From an uncultured Candidatus Bathyarchaeia archaeon (GTDB taxonomy: Archaea > Thermoproteota > Bathyarchaeia > Bathyarchaeales > Bathycorpusculaceae), in contig CAYVGZ010000017.1 of the NCBI GenBank assembly GCA_964450845.1, positions 1 to 22,654 of the forward strand: DNA of 22,654 nucleotides. The letters run 5' to 3'. The translations under genes and the position numbers were made by a program. Of this stretch, positions 7,061 through 15,779 are shown piece by piece (position 1 is the first letter of the stretch; every line of letters starts with the position of its first letter). The notes under the pieces were generated by a model, which ran no database searches, was not told the origin of the DNA, and saw only the letters and a list, made by a program, of their open reading frames with translations.

Positions 7061-8518
7061 ATGTCGGAAGCCAATATCAGGAAGCCGGCGACGAGGGAAG
7101 AATTTATCAAAATATTGACGGATGCTGCTAAAAAAGAAGTCGAAACTCGTGGTGTTCTGAGGAGGAGACCGACGAAACCGACAATCTCAGGAACGGCTAA
7201 ATTTTTGAACGTACATAGGGACACTCTTTATACGTGGCTTAAAGAGTTTGATGTCGATTTTGACAAGATTTCTGGGGGAATATCGACAAATTTATTGTCG
7301 GAAACTGTCGAAGCGCCCCGAAAATATGCGTATCTGATTGGCGAGGCTCTCGTAGGAGAAGGTAATGAGGTTGCACATATCGACCTTTTGATAGGCGACA
7401 AAGAGGGACCTGTCGGTGAGGCTTTCGCTTCTGGCATTTCTAATCTTTCTGTTGGACATACTCCATTGCTGGCGGTTATAAGACCTAATCTTCCCCCCAA
7501 ACCTCATACGTTGCTTGTGCCAAAAGTCACTATCAAAAACCTTGAAGATGTAGGGAAAATTTTCGGCCCTACACAAGCTGCTGTGGCGAAGGCTGTTGCA
7601 GACTCTGTGGAGGAAGAAGTCATTCCTAAGGATAAAGTGGACGACTGGGTCATCGTGTGCAGTGTCTTTGTGCATCCGCAAGCGAATGACCCGCGCAAAA
7701 TATACCATTACAACTACAGCGCAACCAAGTTAGCTTTGAAAAGAGCTATAGCGAAGTATCCGACGCTGGAAAAAATCCTCTATGATAAGGACAGAGCCAA
7801 ACATCCGATAATGGGATTCAGAGTGCCACGCCTATGGAGACCGCCATATCTGCAAATCTCGCTTGACATTCCAGACCTAGAAAGGACAAAGAAAATCATC
7901 GCTCAAATTCCCAAAAGCGACAGAATAATACTGGAGGCTGGAACACCTCTCATTAAAAGGTATGGAACAAAGGTGATAAGTGACTTAAAAGAAGTTGCCA
8001 AAGAAGTATTTTTCGTTGCTGATTTGAAAACTTTGGATGTTGGAAAGGTTGAAGTAGATTTAGCCTATGATGAAACTGCCGACGCAGTAGTTGCAGCTGG
8101 ACTGGCGCCTGCTGAAACGCTTGATTCTTTCATCCATGAAGCAAAAAGACTTGGAATATATGCTGTAGTTGATATGTTAAACGTTGATGACCCCATTAAG
8201 AAGCTGAACCCACTAAAGGAATTTCCAGACGTGGTCATCTTACACAGAGGAATTGACGAAGAAACCGGAAGAGCAATAGGATTAGAGCAGATCCAACAAA
8301 TGCGACAAATTTTTAAGGATAAGCGATTTTTGATTGCGGTGGCAGGTGGAATAGTGCCAGAAACAGCCAAAGAAGCCTTAGAAAAAGGTGCCGACATAAT
8401 TATTGTCGGAAGGTATGTGACACAATCTAAAGACATTGAACGAGCCGTAAGAGACTTCCTTGAACTGACACCTGCAATGCGAGAAGACGTGGACTTGTTT
8501 AGAGTTCACGTAGAATAA
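7061..8518 (+). CDS. fae-hps: Bifunctional formaldehyde-activating enzyme / 3-hexulose-6-phosphate synthase with an extra N-terminal HTH domain
   Basis: Fae motifs GEALVGEGNEVAHIDLLIG and FGPTQAAVAKAV; HPS motifs EAGTPLI, DLKTLD, HRGID, VAGGI, IVGR; about 88 extra N-terminal residues containing an HTH pattern. Start set at ATG 7061, downstream of the TATA box. Confidence 0.92.
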   Translation: MSEANIRKPATREEFIKILTDAAKKEVETRGVLRRRPTKPTISGTAKFLNVHRDTLYTWLKEFDVDFDKISGGISTNLLSETVEAPRKYAYLIGEALVGEGNEVAHIDLLIGDKEGPVGEAFASGISNLSVGHTPLLAVIRPNLPPKPHTLLVPKVTIKNLEDVGKIFGPTQAAVAKAVADSVEEEVIPKDKVDDWVIVCSVFVHPQANDPRKIYHYNYSATKLALKRAIAKYPTLEKILYDKDRAKHPIMGFRVPRLWRPPYLQISLDIPDLERTKKIIAQIPKSDRIILEAGTPLIKRYGTKVISDLKEVAKEVFFVADLKTLDVGKVEVDLAYDETADAVVAAGLAPAETLDSFIHEAKRLGIYAVVDMLNVDDPIKKLNPLKEFPDVVILHRGIDEETGRAIGLEQIQQMRQIFKDKRFLIAVAGGIVPETAKEALEKGADIIIVGRYVTQSKDIERAVRDFLELTPAMREDVDLFRVHVE

Positions 8519-8528
8519 TACAATCCCC

Positions 8529-8538
8529 TTTTTTGTTT
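8529..8538 (+). terminator. T-tract after fae-hps
   Basis: TTTTTTGTTT about 10 nt after the stop, in a convergent gap. Confidence 0.4.
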
Positions 8539-8568
8539 CAAAATAATATACTCTTCTAACAGTTTACG

Positions 8569-9756
8569 TCATTTGAAGATTTCGAAGGCTATGTAGGCTA
8601 AGAAGAAAATTATGCCAGCGACTACGAATACATACATGAAACCGAGTGCTTGAGCGAGAAAAGGACCGATGAAGGAGCCGCTTGCTCCACCAATGCCGAG
8701 AAGAACATTGAACATGCCTGCTTTCCCAAGAGGTATAAGTTCCATAGATAATGAAAGTGTGTAAACAAGAAAATAAGCATAAGCGACACCCATTAGAACC
8801 AGAATTATTACTGCCAGCACTACACTATATGCAAGTTTCTGCGTAGCAGCCACCAAGAGAAAAGCAAGCATACTTCGAAGTAGCACAGTTCTTACTATGT
8901 TAGATTCTTTCGTCGCCCGAGTTGATCTTCTACTTGCCAGAAAGTAGCCTACGGTTCCCCCACCAGAGTTCAGTACATATATAGCAAAGACAACGCTTGT
9001 TTGCAGGGCTAATTCTTGAGAGAAGAATATTGGTAAAGGCGTGAAAAGTATGCTTGTAGCTATCGAAAAAAGAACTAAACCGCCACAAAAAGCATGCAAG
9101 TTTTCACTCTTTAATCTTTCATTTAGGGATAGCCCATCCCAGAGTTTAGACGCAATAACTGTGCCCTTAAACGTAAAGTCTATTGCTCTCTCTATTCTTA
9201 CTAATCTCCTTTCAAAGATTAGCAGAGGATCCGTTACCAAAATTGCGGATATTACAAAGGCAACCAAGTTTAATGCGGAGCATAACAGCAGAGTAGATGA
9301 TGCAGCAAGCCTATAATAAGACATTAAAAATCCTAATAGTAATCCAATAAGCCACCCAACCTCAGTAAGGCCCTCATAACGTGCAAACGCCTTGTCCCAT
9401 TCCTCACGGGAGTAAAGCTCTGCTATTAGAACATTTTTTGGTGGTTCATGAGCTATGTGAAGTATTGACATAAGCACGTAGAGAATTATCACCAAACCTA
9501 CACTAGTAGTAAGAGTGAAGAGGTAAAGGAAAACTGTTGATGCCAGAAATGAAATGAGAATGTAACGTTTGTAACGTCTTGTTTTATCGCATATGTAACC
9601 CCAATAGAAGGACGCAGGAATCACCAAAAATAGAGCGATAGCAGACATTATCCCTATGTCAACCAACGATCCGCCCACAGCTATTATGTACAACGGAAGG
9701 AAAATTGACAGTAAACCAAAAGCCATTTCGTGAAAGAAGAAACCCAGCCGCCACAT
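8569..9756 (-). CDS. Major facilitator superfamily transporter
   Basis: About 12 hydrophobic segments; motif A variant WGYICDKTRRYK; second-half G-x-F-N-x3-GIG-x3-GSFIG. Confidence 0.9.
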   Translation of the reverse strand: MWRLGFFFHEMAFGLLSIFLPLYIIAVGGSLVDIGIMSAIALFLVIPASFYWGYICDKTRRYKRYILISFLASTVFLYLFTLTTSVGLVIILYVLMSILHIAHEPPKNVLIAELYSREEWDKAFARYEGLTEVGWLIGLLLGFLMSYYRLAASSTLLLCSALNLVAFVISAILVTDPLLIFERRLVRIERAIDFTFKGTVIASKLWDGLSLNERLKSENLHAFCGGLVLFSIATSILFTPLPIFFSQELALQTSVVFAIYVLNSGGGTVGYFLASRRSTRATKESNIVRTVLLRSMLAFLLVAATQKLAYSVVLAVIILVLMGVAYAYFLVYTLSLSMELIPLGKAGMFNVLLGIGGASGSFIGPFLAQALGFMYVFVVAGIIFFLAYIAFEIFK

Positions 9757-9893
9757 AGCCAGAGAACGATTCCAAAGCTGAATTAAAACGTTTACCCGTT
9801 GGACTCTAATTTTGTCTAAAAAAACCGAAGTTTTCGCAAATCCTTAATAGAGAGACACTTAACTTTCATAACACCACTGGAGTGCCATCATTC

Positions 9894-10343
9894 ATGGCTA
9901 AGTTCAAAATAATCGTATCAGACCCTGAAACAGGGACTTCAAAAGTAGTTGAACTCGAAGAAACGCGTGCCGTTCCGTTAGTTGGAAGAGGAATAGGTGA
10001 AGTGATAGATGGATCGATAGTGGATCTGCCGGGTCATAAGGTACAGATAATGGGCGGCTCTGACAAAGATGGATTTCCAATGAGACGAGACGTTCATGGT
10101 GGTGTTCGTCGGCAAGTGATATTAAGTGGTGGAATTGGCTTTAACCCTCAAGACGAGGGAGAGAGAAGACGCAAAACAGTTCGTGGGAACATAATAACAG
10201 ATGAAGTTGTGCAGCTAAACATGAAAATCGTGGAGAAACCAAAGCAACCTAAAGAAAGTAAGAAAACGAAAGAAAAGAGAAAAAAAGAAAAGCCTGAAAA
10301 AGAAATTGAACCAGAAGCTCAGACAGCAGTAAGTAGCACTTGA
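9894..10343 (+). CDS. rps6e: 30S ribosomal protein S6e
   Basis: MAKFKIIVSDP, GGSDKDGFPMR-x-DVHG, RRRKTVRGN; GGAG SD upstream of ATG 9894; K/E-rich C-terminal tail. Confidence 0.96.
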   Translation: MAKFKIIVSDPETGTSKVVELEETRAVPLVGRGIGEVIDGSIVDLPGHKVQIMGGSDKDGFPMRRDVHGGVRRQVILSGGIGFNPQDEGERRRKTVRGNIITDEVVQLNMKIVEKPKQPKESKKTKEKRKKEKPEKEIEPEAQTAVSST

Positions 10344-10404
10344 ACAAGAACTCAAAATTTATTAACTTGCATAATTTAATCCTTTCAATAATTTGTAAAT
10401 ATTT

Positions 10405-11670
10405 ATGGAAAATAGAGAAATGAGTCACAAAAAAAATGCAACTTTACCAAAGCAGCCGGAAGTGAACATAGGCACCATAGGCCATGTTGATCATGGCAAA
10501 ACAACATTGGTGCAGGCATTAACAGGTGTTTGGGCGTCGAGACATAGTGAAGAGTTGAAAAGAGGCATAACAATAAAGTTAGGCTACGCGGACATGCCAG
10601 TTTATAAATGTCCCAAATGTGAACCGCCAAAAAACTATTCAACACACCCCACTTGCCCCAATTGCGGCGCAAAAGCAACTTTTGCCCGTGCAGTTAGTTT
10701 TGTAGATGCCCCAGGTCATGAAGCGTTAATGGCAACTATGCTTTCAGGAGCAGCGATAATGGATGGGGCAATACTTGTAATAGCGGCAGACGAACCATGC
10801 CCACAACCACAAACAAGAGAACATTTAGCGGCAACCGAAATTATCGGTATAAAAAATATTGTTATTGTACAAAGCAAAATCGACATAGTCAACGAAAAAA
10901 GAGCACGCGAAAGTTATGAGGAAATCGAAAACTTTGTAAAGGGAACAATTGCCGAAAACGCACCGATAATCCCCGTTTCAGCACAACACGAGGTAAACAT
11001 AGATGTGCTCATCCAAGCGTTAGAAGAGTTCATACCAACGCCAGAAAGGGATGAAACAAAAACCCCAATGATGTATGTGGTTCGCTCATTCGACGTTAAC
11101 AAGCCAGGCACTCCAATTGAGAAGTTGGAGGGAGGTGTAATTGGAGGCACAATAGTGCAGGGCAAATTTGTCTTTGGCGACGAAATAGAAATCCGCCCCG
11201 GAATAACCACAGAAAAAGAGGAAAAAAACGCTTACAACCCTCTATTCAGCGAAATTGTTAGTTTACATGCAGGTGGAAGAAACGTAAATGAAGCCCATTG
11301 TGGTGGATTGGTAGGGGTAGGAACACTTTTGGACCCGTCATTCTCAAAGGCAGATGGTTTAACGGGAAACATGGTCGGAAAATCAGGCATGCTTCCCGAA
11401 ACACTGTCAGAGTTAGCCTTGGAAACACATATTCTTGACCGCGCAGTTGGAACAAAAGAGCTTATAAAAATCGAAGAAATTCGAATAGGTGAAACCTTAC
11501 TTTTACACGTAGGCGCCGCCATAACAGTCGGAAAAGTTACATCAATAAAAAAGGACATAGTTACAGTTAAGCTTACTCGACCAGTATGCACACGAGCTGG
11601 TTCAAGAGTTGCGATCAGCAGGAAAATAACGGGCAGATGGAGATTTATAGGATACGGAATGATACATTAA
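10405..11670 (+). CDS. eif2g: Translation initiation factor aIF2 subunit gamma
   Basis: GHVDHGKT, RGITIKLGY, CxxC/CxxC Zn knuckle, DAPGHE, QPQTREH, RSFDVNKPG. Start may be ATG 10420. Confidence 0.96.
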   Translation: MENREMSHKKNATLPKQPEVNIGTIGHVDHGKTTLVQALTGVWASRHSEELKRGITIKLGYADMPVYKCPKCEPPKNYSTHPTCPNCGAKATFARAVSFVDAPGHEALMATMLSGAAIMDGAILVIAADEPCPQPQTREHLAATEIIGIKNIVIVQSKIDIVNEKRARESYEEIENFVKGTIAENAPIIPVSAQHEVNIDVLIQALEEFIPTPERDETKTPMMYVVRSFDVNKPGTPIEKLEGGVIGGTIVQGKFVFGDEIEIRPGITTEKEEKNAYNPLFSEIVSLHAGGRNVNEAHCGGLVGVGTLLDPSFSKADGLTGNMVGKSGMLPETLSELALETHILDRAVGTKELIKIEEIRIGETLLLHVGAAITVGKVTSIKKDIVTVKLTRPVCTRAGSRVAISRKITGRWRFIGYGMIH

Positions 11671-11672
11671 AT

Positions 11673-12098
11673 ATGACAGAAAAACCTAAACACACAGAGA
11701 AAAAACAAAAAGTAATTTTAGATTCAAACGCATTGTTTGTTCCGCTTCAATTTAAAATTGACATTTTTGAAGAACTACAGACACTTTTAAGCGTGAGATT
11801 TGAAACAGTGTTACTTTCACCCATCCTGAAAGAGCTCGAAACAATTGCTGAAAAAGGTTCGCCAAAAATGCGTAAATGGGCTTCTTATGCTCTAAAACTG
11901 GCTGAAAAATGCGTTTTTTTAGAGGTTAAGGAGAAAATTGCATGCTCTCCGGATGACGCCATAATTGAAGTAGCAAGAAAATGCAATTGTTTAGTGTTTA
12001 CAAATGATAGAACGCTTCGAAAGAGGCTAAGAAATATAAGCGTGCCAGTTATCTATGTGAGACAAAAGTCACACCTAGAAATTGACGGGAGGATATAG
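11673..12098 (+). CDS. PIN-domain protein (Fcf1/Utp24-like) of the aIF2-gamma cluster
   Basis: VILDSNAL, ELE, DDAII, FTND-x2-LRKRL, VPVIYVRQK; start is the ATG 2 nt after the eif2g stop. Confidence 0.88.
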   Translation: MTEKPKHTEKKQKVILDSNALFVPLQFKIDIFEELQTLLSVRFETVLLSPILKELETIAEKGSPKMRKWASYALKLAEKCVFLEVKEKIACSPDDAIIEVARKCNCLVFTNDRTLRKRLRNISVPVIYVRQKSHLEIDGRI

Positions 12099-12702
12099 TC
12101 CCCTGTTTAAACTTATAACTTTGGAAGATACTATTCGCATACCACCCGAAACCTTTGGTAATCCCCTAGAGGCAGTTGGGCATCAACAGGTTAAAACAAA
12201 ATATGAAGGGGTCGTTGACGAAGAATTAGGCTACGTTATAGCCGTGACTGACGTAAAAGTGAGCTCAGTCGGAAAAATAATTCCAGGAGACGGAGCAACC
12301 TACCACAAGGTAACCTTTTCCCTGTTAACATTTTACCCTAAAGTTCAGGAAATAGTGGAAGGAGAGGTTGTAGAGATTGCCGATTTCGGCGCCTTCGTAC
12401 GCATAGGACCAATTGACGCCTTGCTTCACGTTTCACAACTTATGGATGATTTCATTTCCTATGACGAAAAACAAGGTGTTTTATTAGGAAAAGAAACAAA
12501 AAGAAAACTTACGAGTGGAGACCAAGTTCGTGTTCGAATAACGGCAGTTTCACTTGGCAGAGCTGGAAGCTCCGGAAAAATAGGTGTAACAGCTAGGCAA
12601 CCCTTCCTTGGCAAATTAGAGTGGATTGAGCACGAGGTACAAAAAATAAAGGAACAAACAGAGAAGAAGCCAGCGGAGAAAGTGGAAGCAAGTCAGAAAT
12701 AA
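12082..12702 (+). CDS. rpoE1: DNA-directed RNA polymerase subunit E' (Rpo7)
   Basis: FKLITLEDTIRIPP, GDGATYH, S1 domain EIADFGAFVRIGPIDALLHVSQ, KIGVTARQPFLGKLEW. Start uncertain (TTG 12082 or CTG 12103). Confidence 0.95.
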   Translation: MTGGYSPLFKLITLEDTIRIPPETFGNPLEAVGHQQVKTKYEGVVDEELGYVIAVTDVKVSSVGKIIPGDGATYHKVTFSLLTFYPKVQEIVEGEVVEIADFGAFVRIGPIDALLHVSQLMDDFISYDEKQGVLLGKETKRKLTSGDQVRVRITAVSLGRAGSSGKIGVTARQPFLGKLEWIEHEVQKIKEQTEKKPAEKVEASQK

Positions 12703-12713
12703 AAAGTGATTAG

Positions 12714-12899
12714 ATGAGCGAAAAAGCTTGTCCAACATGCCGGTTCATAACCAGAGAAAACATATGCCCAAAATGTAAAACATCATCTTTAAGCGATGAT
12801 TTCAGCGGGTTAGCAATAATTTTTGATCCTGAAGGCTCAGCCATCTCAAAAGCTATGAATATTAAAGAGAAAGGACGCTACGCATTAAAGGTTAGATAA
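12714..12899 (+). CDS. spt4: Transcription elongation factor Spt4 (RpoE'')
   Basis: KACxxC...CPxC, FSGLAIIFDP, G-x-YALKVR; directly follows rpoE1. Confidence 0.93.
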   Translation: MSEKACPTCRFITRENICPKCKTSSLSDDFSGLAIIFDPEGSAISKAMNIKEKGRYALKVR

Positions 12900-12900
12900 A

Positions 12901-13434
12901 GTGGCAATAGTGTACAGTCTTACGCCAGAACTGCGCATAAAACTTAAGAAACCCATCGGCACATTAATTCGAGGTTCATTTGCTGAAACAATGAAAATCC
13001 TTAAGAATATGACAGAAAAAGAAAAGCCAGCTTTTATAGTCTCTGTTGGAGACACTGTTTCAAAAAACCTTGCAGAAAATCACATGTTTCCTCAGCTATC
13101 AATTGTGGATAGCAGAGTCATGCGAAGAAATGTACAGCCGGTTCCACTCACAGCAGAGAAGATACTCCATGTTAAAAATCCCCCGGGAACAATAACAGAG
13201 GAAGCTCTAGGAGCAATTCAAGAATCATTAAAAAGCAATTGTCGCGTCAAAATAGTTGTAGACGGGGAGGAAGACTTGCTGGCACTTATCGCTGTTTTGT
13301 ATTCGCCGGAAAACGCTTTTGTTATCTACGGCCAGCCTTATGAAGGCGTCGTCGTGGTTAAAGTCACACCCGAGAAAAAGACAGAGGTTGCTGGAACTCT
13401 GAAAGCTATGGAAAATGTTCGAAAAGCTAAATAA
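12901..13434 (+). CDS. GTP-dependent dephospho-CoA kinase (DUF359)
   Basis: LR-x2-LKKPIG, VGDTVS, NPPGTIT, VDGEEDLLAL, YGQP; conserved position after spt4. Confidence 0.88.
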   Translation: MAIVYSLTPELRIKLKKPIGTLIRGSFAETMKILKNMTEKEKPAFIVSVGDTVSKNLAENHMFPQLSIVDSRVMRRNVQPVPLTAEKILHVKNPPGTITEEALGAIQESLKSNCRVKIVVDGEEDLLALIAVLYSPENAFVIYGQPYEGVVVVKVTPEKKTEVAGTLKAMENVRKAK

Positions 13435-13476
13435 TAGGATACCGCATCAAGTCAACACCGCAAACGAGGAAAAACT

Positions 13477-13791
13477 ATGGAAGTTAAGATAGTTTCAGAG
13501 AAGGAAAATCCATTGTTAAAAAGAAGGGAACTCTATTTTCAAGTGGAACACAGCCAAACCGGCAGCACACCTCCGAGGCTAGAGGTGAGAAAGGCTGTGG
13601 CCACTGTACTAAAAAAAGATGCTGATTTGGTTTTTGTTAAAAAATTGGAAACCAAAACTGGAACGCATATAGCATTTGGAGTAGCAAACGTTTACGATTC
13701 CGTTGAACAAGCTAGGCTTATTGAACCCAAATATGTTGTTGAAAGAAACGTGCCACCTGAAAAACCAAAAGAAGAAGAGGAAAAGGGATAG
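13477..13791 (+). CDS. rps24e: 30S ribosomal protein S24e
   Basis: ENPLLKRRE, STPPRLEVRK, G-x-ANVYDS. Confidence 0.95.
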   Translation: MEVKIVSEKENPLLKRRELYFQVEHSQTGSTPPRLEVRKAVATVLKKDADLVFVKKLETKTGTHIAFGVANVYDSVEQARLIEPKYVVERNVPPEKPKEEEEKG

Positions 13792-13862
13792 CAAATGTCT
13801 AAAAAAGCAGAAGAAGCACCAAAAGAAACTCCAAAAGAGGCTCCAAAAGAAGAAGAGGAAAA
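13765..13862 (+). repeat. 20-nt exact direct repeat shared by the rps24e 3' end and rps27ae 5' extension, plus a 3x12-nt tandem
   Basis: CCAAAAGAAGAAGAGGAAAA at 13765-13784 and 13843-13862; GCACCAAAAGAA / ACTCCAAAAGAG / GCTCCAAAAGAA at 13816-13851. Confidence 0.8.
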
Positions 13863-14073
13863 AATAGAAAAACCTGAAAAAACTGGAAAGCCCGAGAAAA
13901 AGAAAAAGAAAGAAAAAGGTGTATTCACGTTATACAAGATAGAAAACGACAAAATTGTAAGGTTACGTCCAACATGTGAACGTTGCGGACCAGGCTATTT
14001 TATGGCTGACCAAGGCGACAGATATACTTGTGGGCACTGTGGCTTTACAAGATACAAACCTGCTGAAAAATGA
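13795..14073 (+). CDS. rps27ae: 30S ribosomal protein S27ae with charged N-terminal extension
   Basis: LYKIE...RLRPTCERCGPG-x-FMA-x4-RYTCGHCGFT; follows rps24e. Confidence 0.95.
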   Translation: MSKKAEEAPKETPKEAPKEEEEKIEKPEKTGKPEKKKKKEKGVFTLYKIENDKIVRLRPTCERCGPGYFMADQGDRYTCGHCGFTRYKPAEK

Positions 14074-14117
14074 ACACGTTTAAATTACTCGATGATTCAT
14101 ATACTTGATGGTTCAAA

Positions 14118-14543
14118 ATGATTAGAGTAAACGTTTCTGTATCTAATGTTTCTGCTGAACGTTTTTTGGACATCAGAAAGCCTATACCGCCGATTCAGAT
14201 AAACACGAATCTTAACCTAGTAGGGATAGAGAAGAAATCGGAAGACTCGTTAGAAGTTCCATTTGTTTTAACAATTAATTATAACCCGTCTGTAGCGCAG
14301 ATAAGCCTAAAAGGAAGAGCGTACGTGGTTGGTGAAAAAGGCGAAATAGGGAAAGTTTACAAAGAATATGAGGAGAAGAAACCGCCGCCACCAATCATAG
14401 TACAGTCAATATCTAACGTTGTCTTCGTAGAATCAGTGGTGATATCCAGAACATTAAATCTTCCACCGCCAATCCCTCTGCCGCAGATACCACAGGGTAA
14501 GCCGCCTGACAAAAAGCCTTCAGAAATAGACTATAGTGCTTAA
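14118..14543 (+). CDS. Conserved archaeal-type hypothetical protein, possible SecB-like fold
   Basis: Alternating beta-strand pattern, then a helix ending ISRTLNLPPPIPLP; TTTAAATT about 30 nt upstream. Confidence 0.75.
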   Translation: MIRVNVSVSNVSAERFLDIRKPIPPIQINTNLNLVGIEKKSEDSLEVPFVLTINYNPSVAQISLKGRAYVVGEKGEIGKVYKEYEEKKPPPPIIVQSISNVVFVESVVISRTLNLPPPIPLPQIPQGKPPDKKPSEIDYSA

Positions 14544-14558
14544 AACCTTAGAAATAGG

Positions 14559-14963
14559 CTATTTTAATGGAACGTACATTGAAGAACGAGAGGCGCCGAT
14601 GCCTGGAGTCCCATGTTTTACTGGTTTATTTGTGACCGCAAATTCGCCTAGATAATGTCCAATCATATCTGGCTTTATTTCCACCGAGACGAAGTCTTTG
14701 CCGTTATGGACTAGAACTGTGGTGCCAACCATTTCGGGCAGAATAATAATGTCTCGCACATGAGTCTTGACTGCCTTGCTACTTCCTTTCGTTAAACTCT
14801 CTTTCGCTTTTCTTATCTTTTCAAGCAATATTCTCTGTTCTGGTGTTAGACCTCGATGGAGACTTCGCCTTTGTCTTGAAGGAAGCAAATTAATGAATTC
14901 ATCCATCGACATGCCTTGCAGTTGATTAAGCGTGTATCCACGAAATGCAAATTCTTTTGGCAT
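14559..14963 (-). CDS. rps19p: 30S ribosomal protein S19
   Basis: FRGYTL-x2-L, RQRRSL-x-RG, KTHVRD-x2-[20 protein letters not shown]. Confidence 0.97.
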   Translation of the reverse strand: MPKEFAFRGYTLNQLQGMSMDEFINLLPSRQRRSLHRGLTPEQRILLEKIRKAKESLTKGSSKAVKTHVRDIIILPEMVGTTVLVHNGKDFVSVEIKPDMIGHYLGEFAVTNKPVKHGTPGIGASRSSMYVPLK

Positions 14964-14993
14964 TTTTTCTCACGTTATTGGTAACGTTAAATG

Positions 14994-15758
14994 CTATAAA
15001 CCTTCTGCTATGCCAGCGGCACGCGCGCTTTTCTTTTTCCGTCCAGCACCTCTAGCCGCAATTAATCCAACCTTTTGCCCAGGTGGAGCGCCATGCGAGG
15101 TTGTCGTGCCTTTTCGCGCACTTCTTTTACTGCTACCATACGGATGCACAGCAGCAACCATTGCTCTTCCACGAGTCCTAGGATATTTACGCCCCCTTGC
15201 CCTCATCAAATGGAATTTCGCGCCAGACTTCAAGAAAGGCTTCTCTGTTCTTCCAGCCCCCGAACCCACACCAATTGTTGCCCTACAATAATCATTTACA
15301 TACTTTGTCTTCCCCGATGGAAGTTTGATTATTGTTCCTTGAGCTGTATGCGTAACAACTACTGCGAATGCTCCTGAAGATTTTGCGATTTTACCACCGT
15401 CTCCGAGGCGGAGTTCTATGTTGCATATCATGGTGCCCTCTGGAATCTTTCCTATCGGAAGAATGTTGCCCACTTCAACAGGGGCTTTACCACCCATCTG
15501 GATTTGTTGACCTAAATATACTCCTTCAGGAACCACATTGTAGCATGTTTTTCCGTTCTCGAATCTTATTAAAGCAAGCGGGGCTCCACGCCCGGGATCA
15601 TGGACAAAATCTTCAATAACGCCTTTTGTTGCTGTTTCAAAATATTCCTTTGTTGTTGCTGTTAATGGATATTGCGCAGGAGCTACTCTTTTATGAGTTG
15701 ACGACCTAAATGTGGATCCGCCGCGCCCGCGCCTTTGAACACGAATTCTTTTACCCAT
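14994..15758 (-). CDS. rpl2p: 50S ribosomal protein L2
   Basis: MGKRIRVQRRGRG, HDPGRGAPLA, KLPSG, CRATIG, GAGR-x-EKP, APPGQKVGLIAAR. Confidence 0.97.
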   Translation of the reverse strand: MGKRIRVQRRGRGGSTFRSSTHKRVAPAQYPLTATTKEYFETATKGVIEDFVHDPGRGAPLALIRFENGKTCYNVVPEGVYLGQQIQMGGKAPVEVGNILPIGKIPEGTMICNIELRLGDGGKIAKSSGAFAVVVTHTAQGTIIKLPSGKTKYVNDYCRATIGVGSGAGRTEKPFLKSGAKFHLMRARGRKYPRTRGRAMVAAVHPYGSSKRSARKGTTTSHGAPPGQKVGLIAARGAGRKKKSARAAGIAEGL

Positions 15759-15779
15759 TACTCACTCCTCTACATAATT

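Noticed and set aside
9757-9840. Open frame continuing about 28 codons upstream of the MFS ATG
   Set aside because: No ATG/GTG/TTG in that frame and no SD; the protein looks complete enough from 9756.
11586-11672. Long overlap of the PIN ORF with the eif2g 3' end
   Set aside because: ATG 11673, 2 nt after the eif2g stop, gives a normal-length PIN protein.
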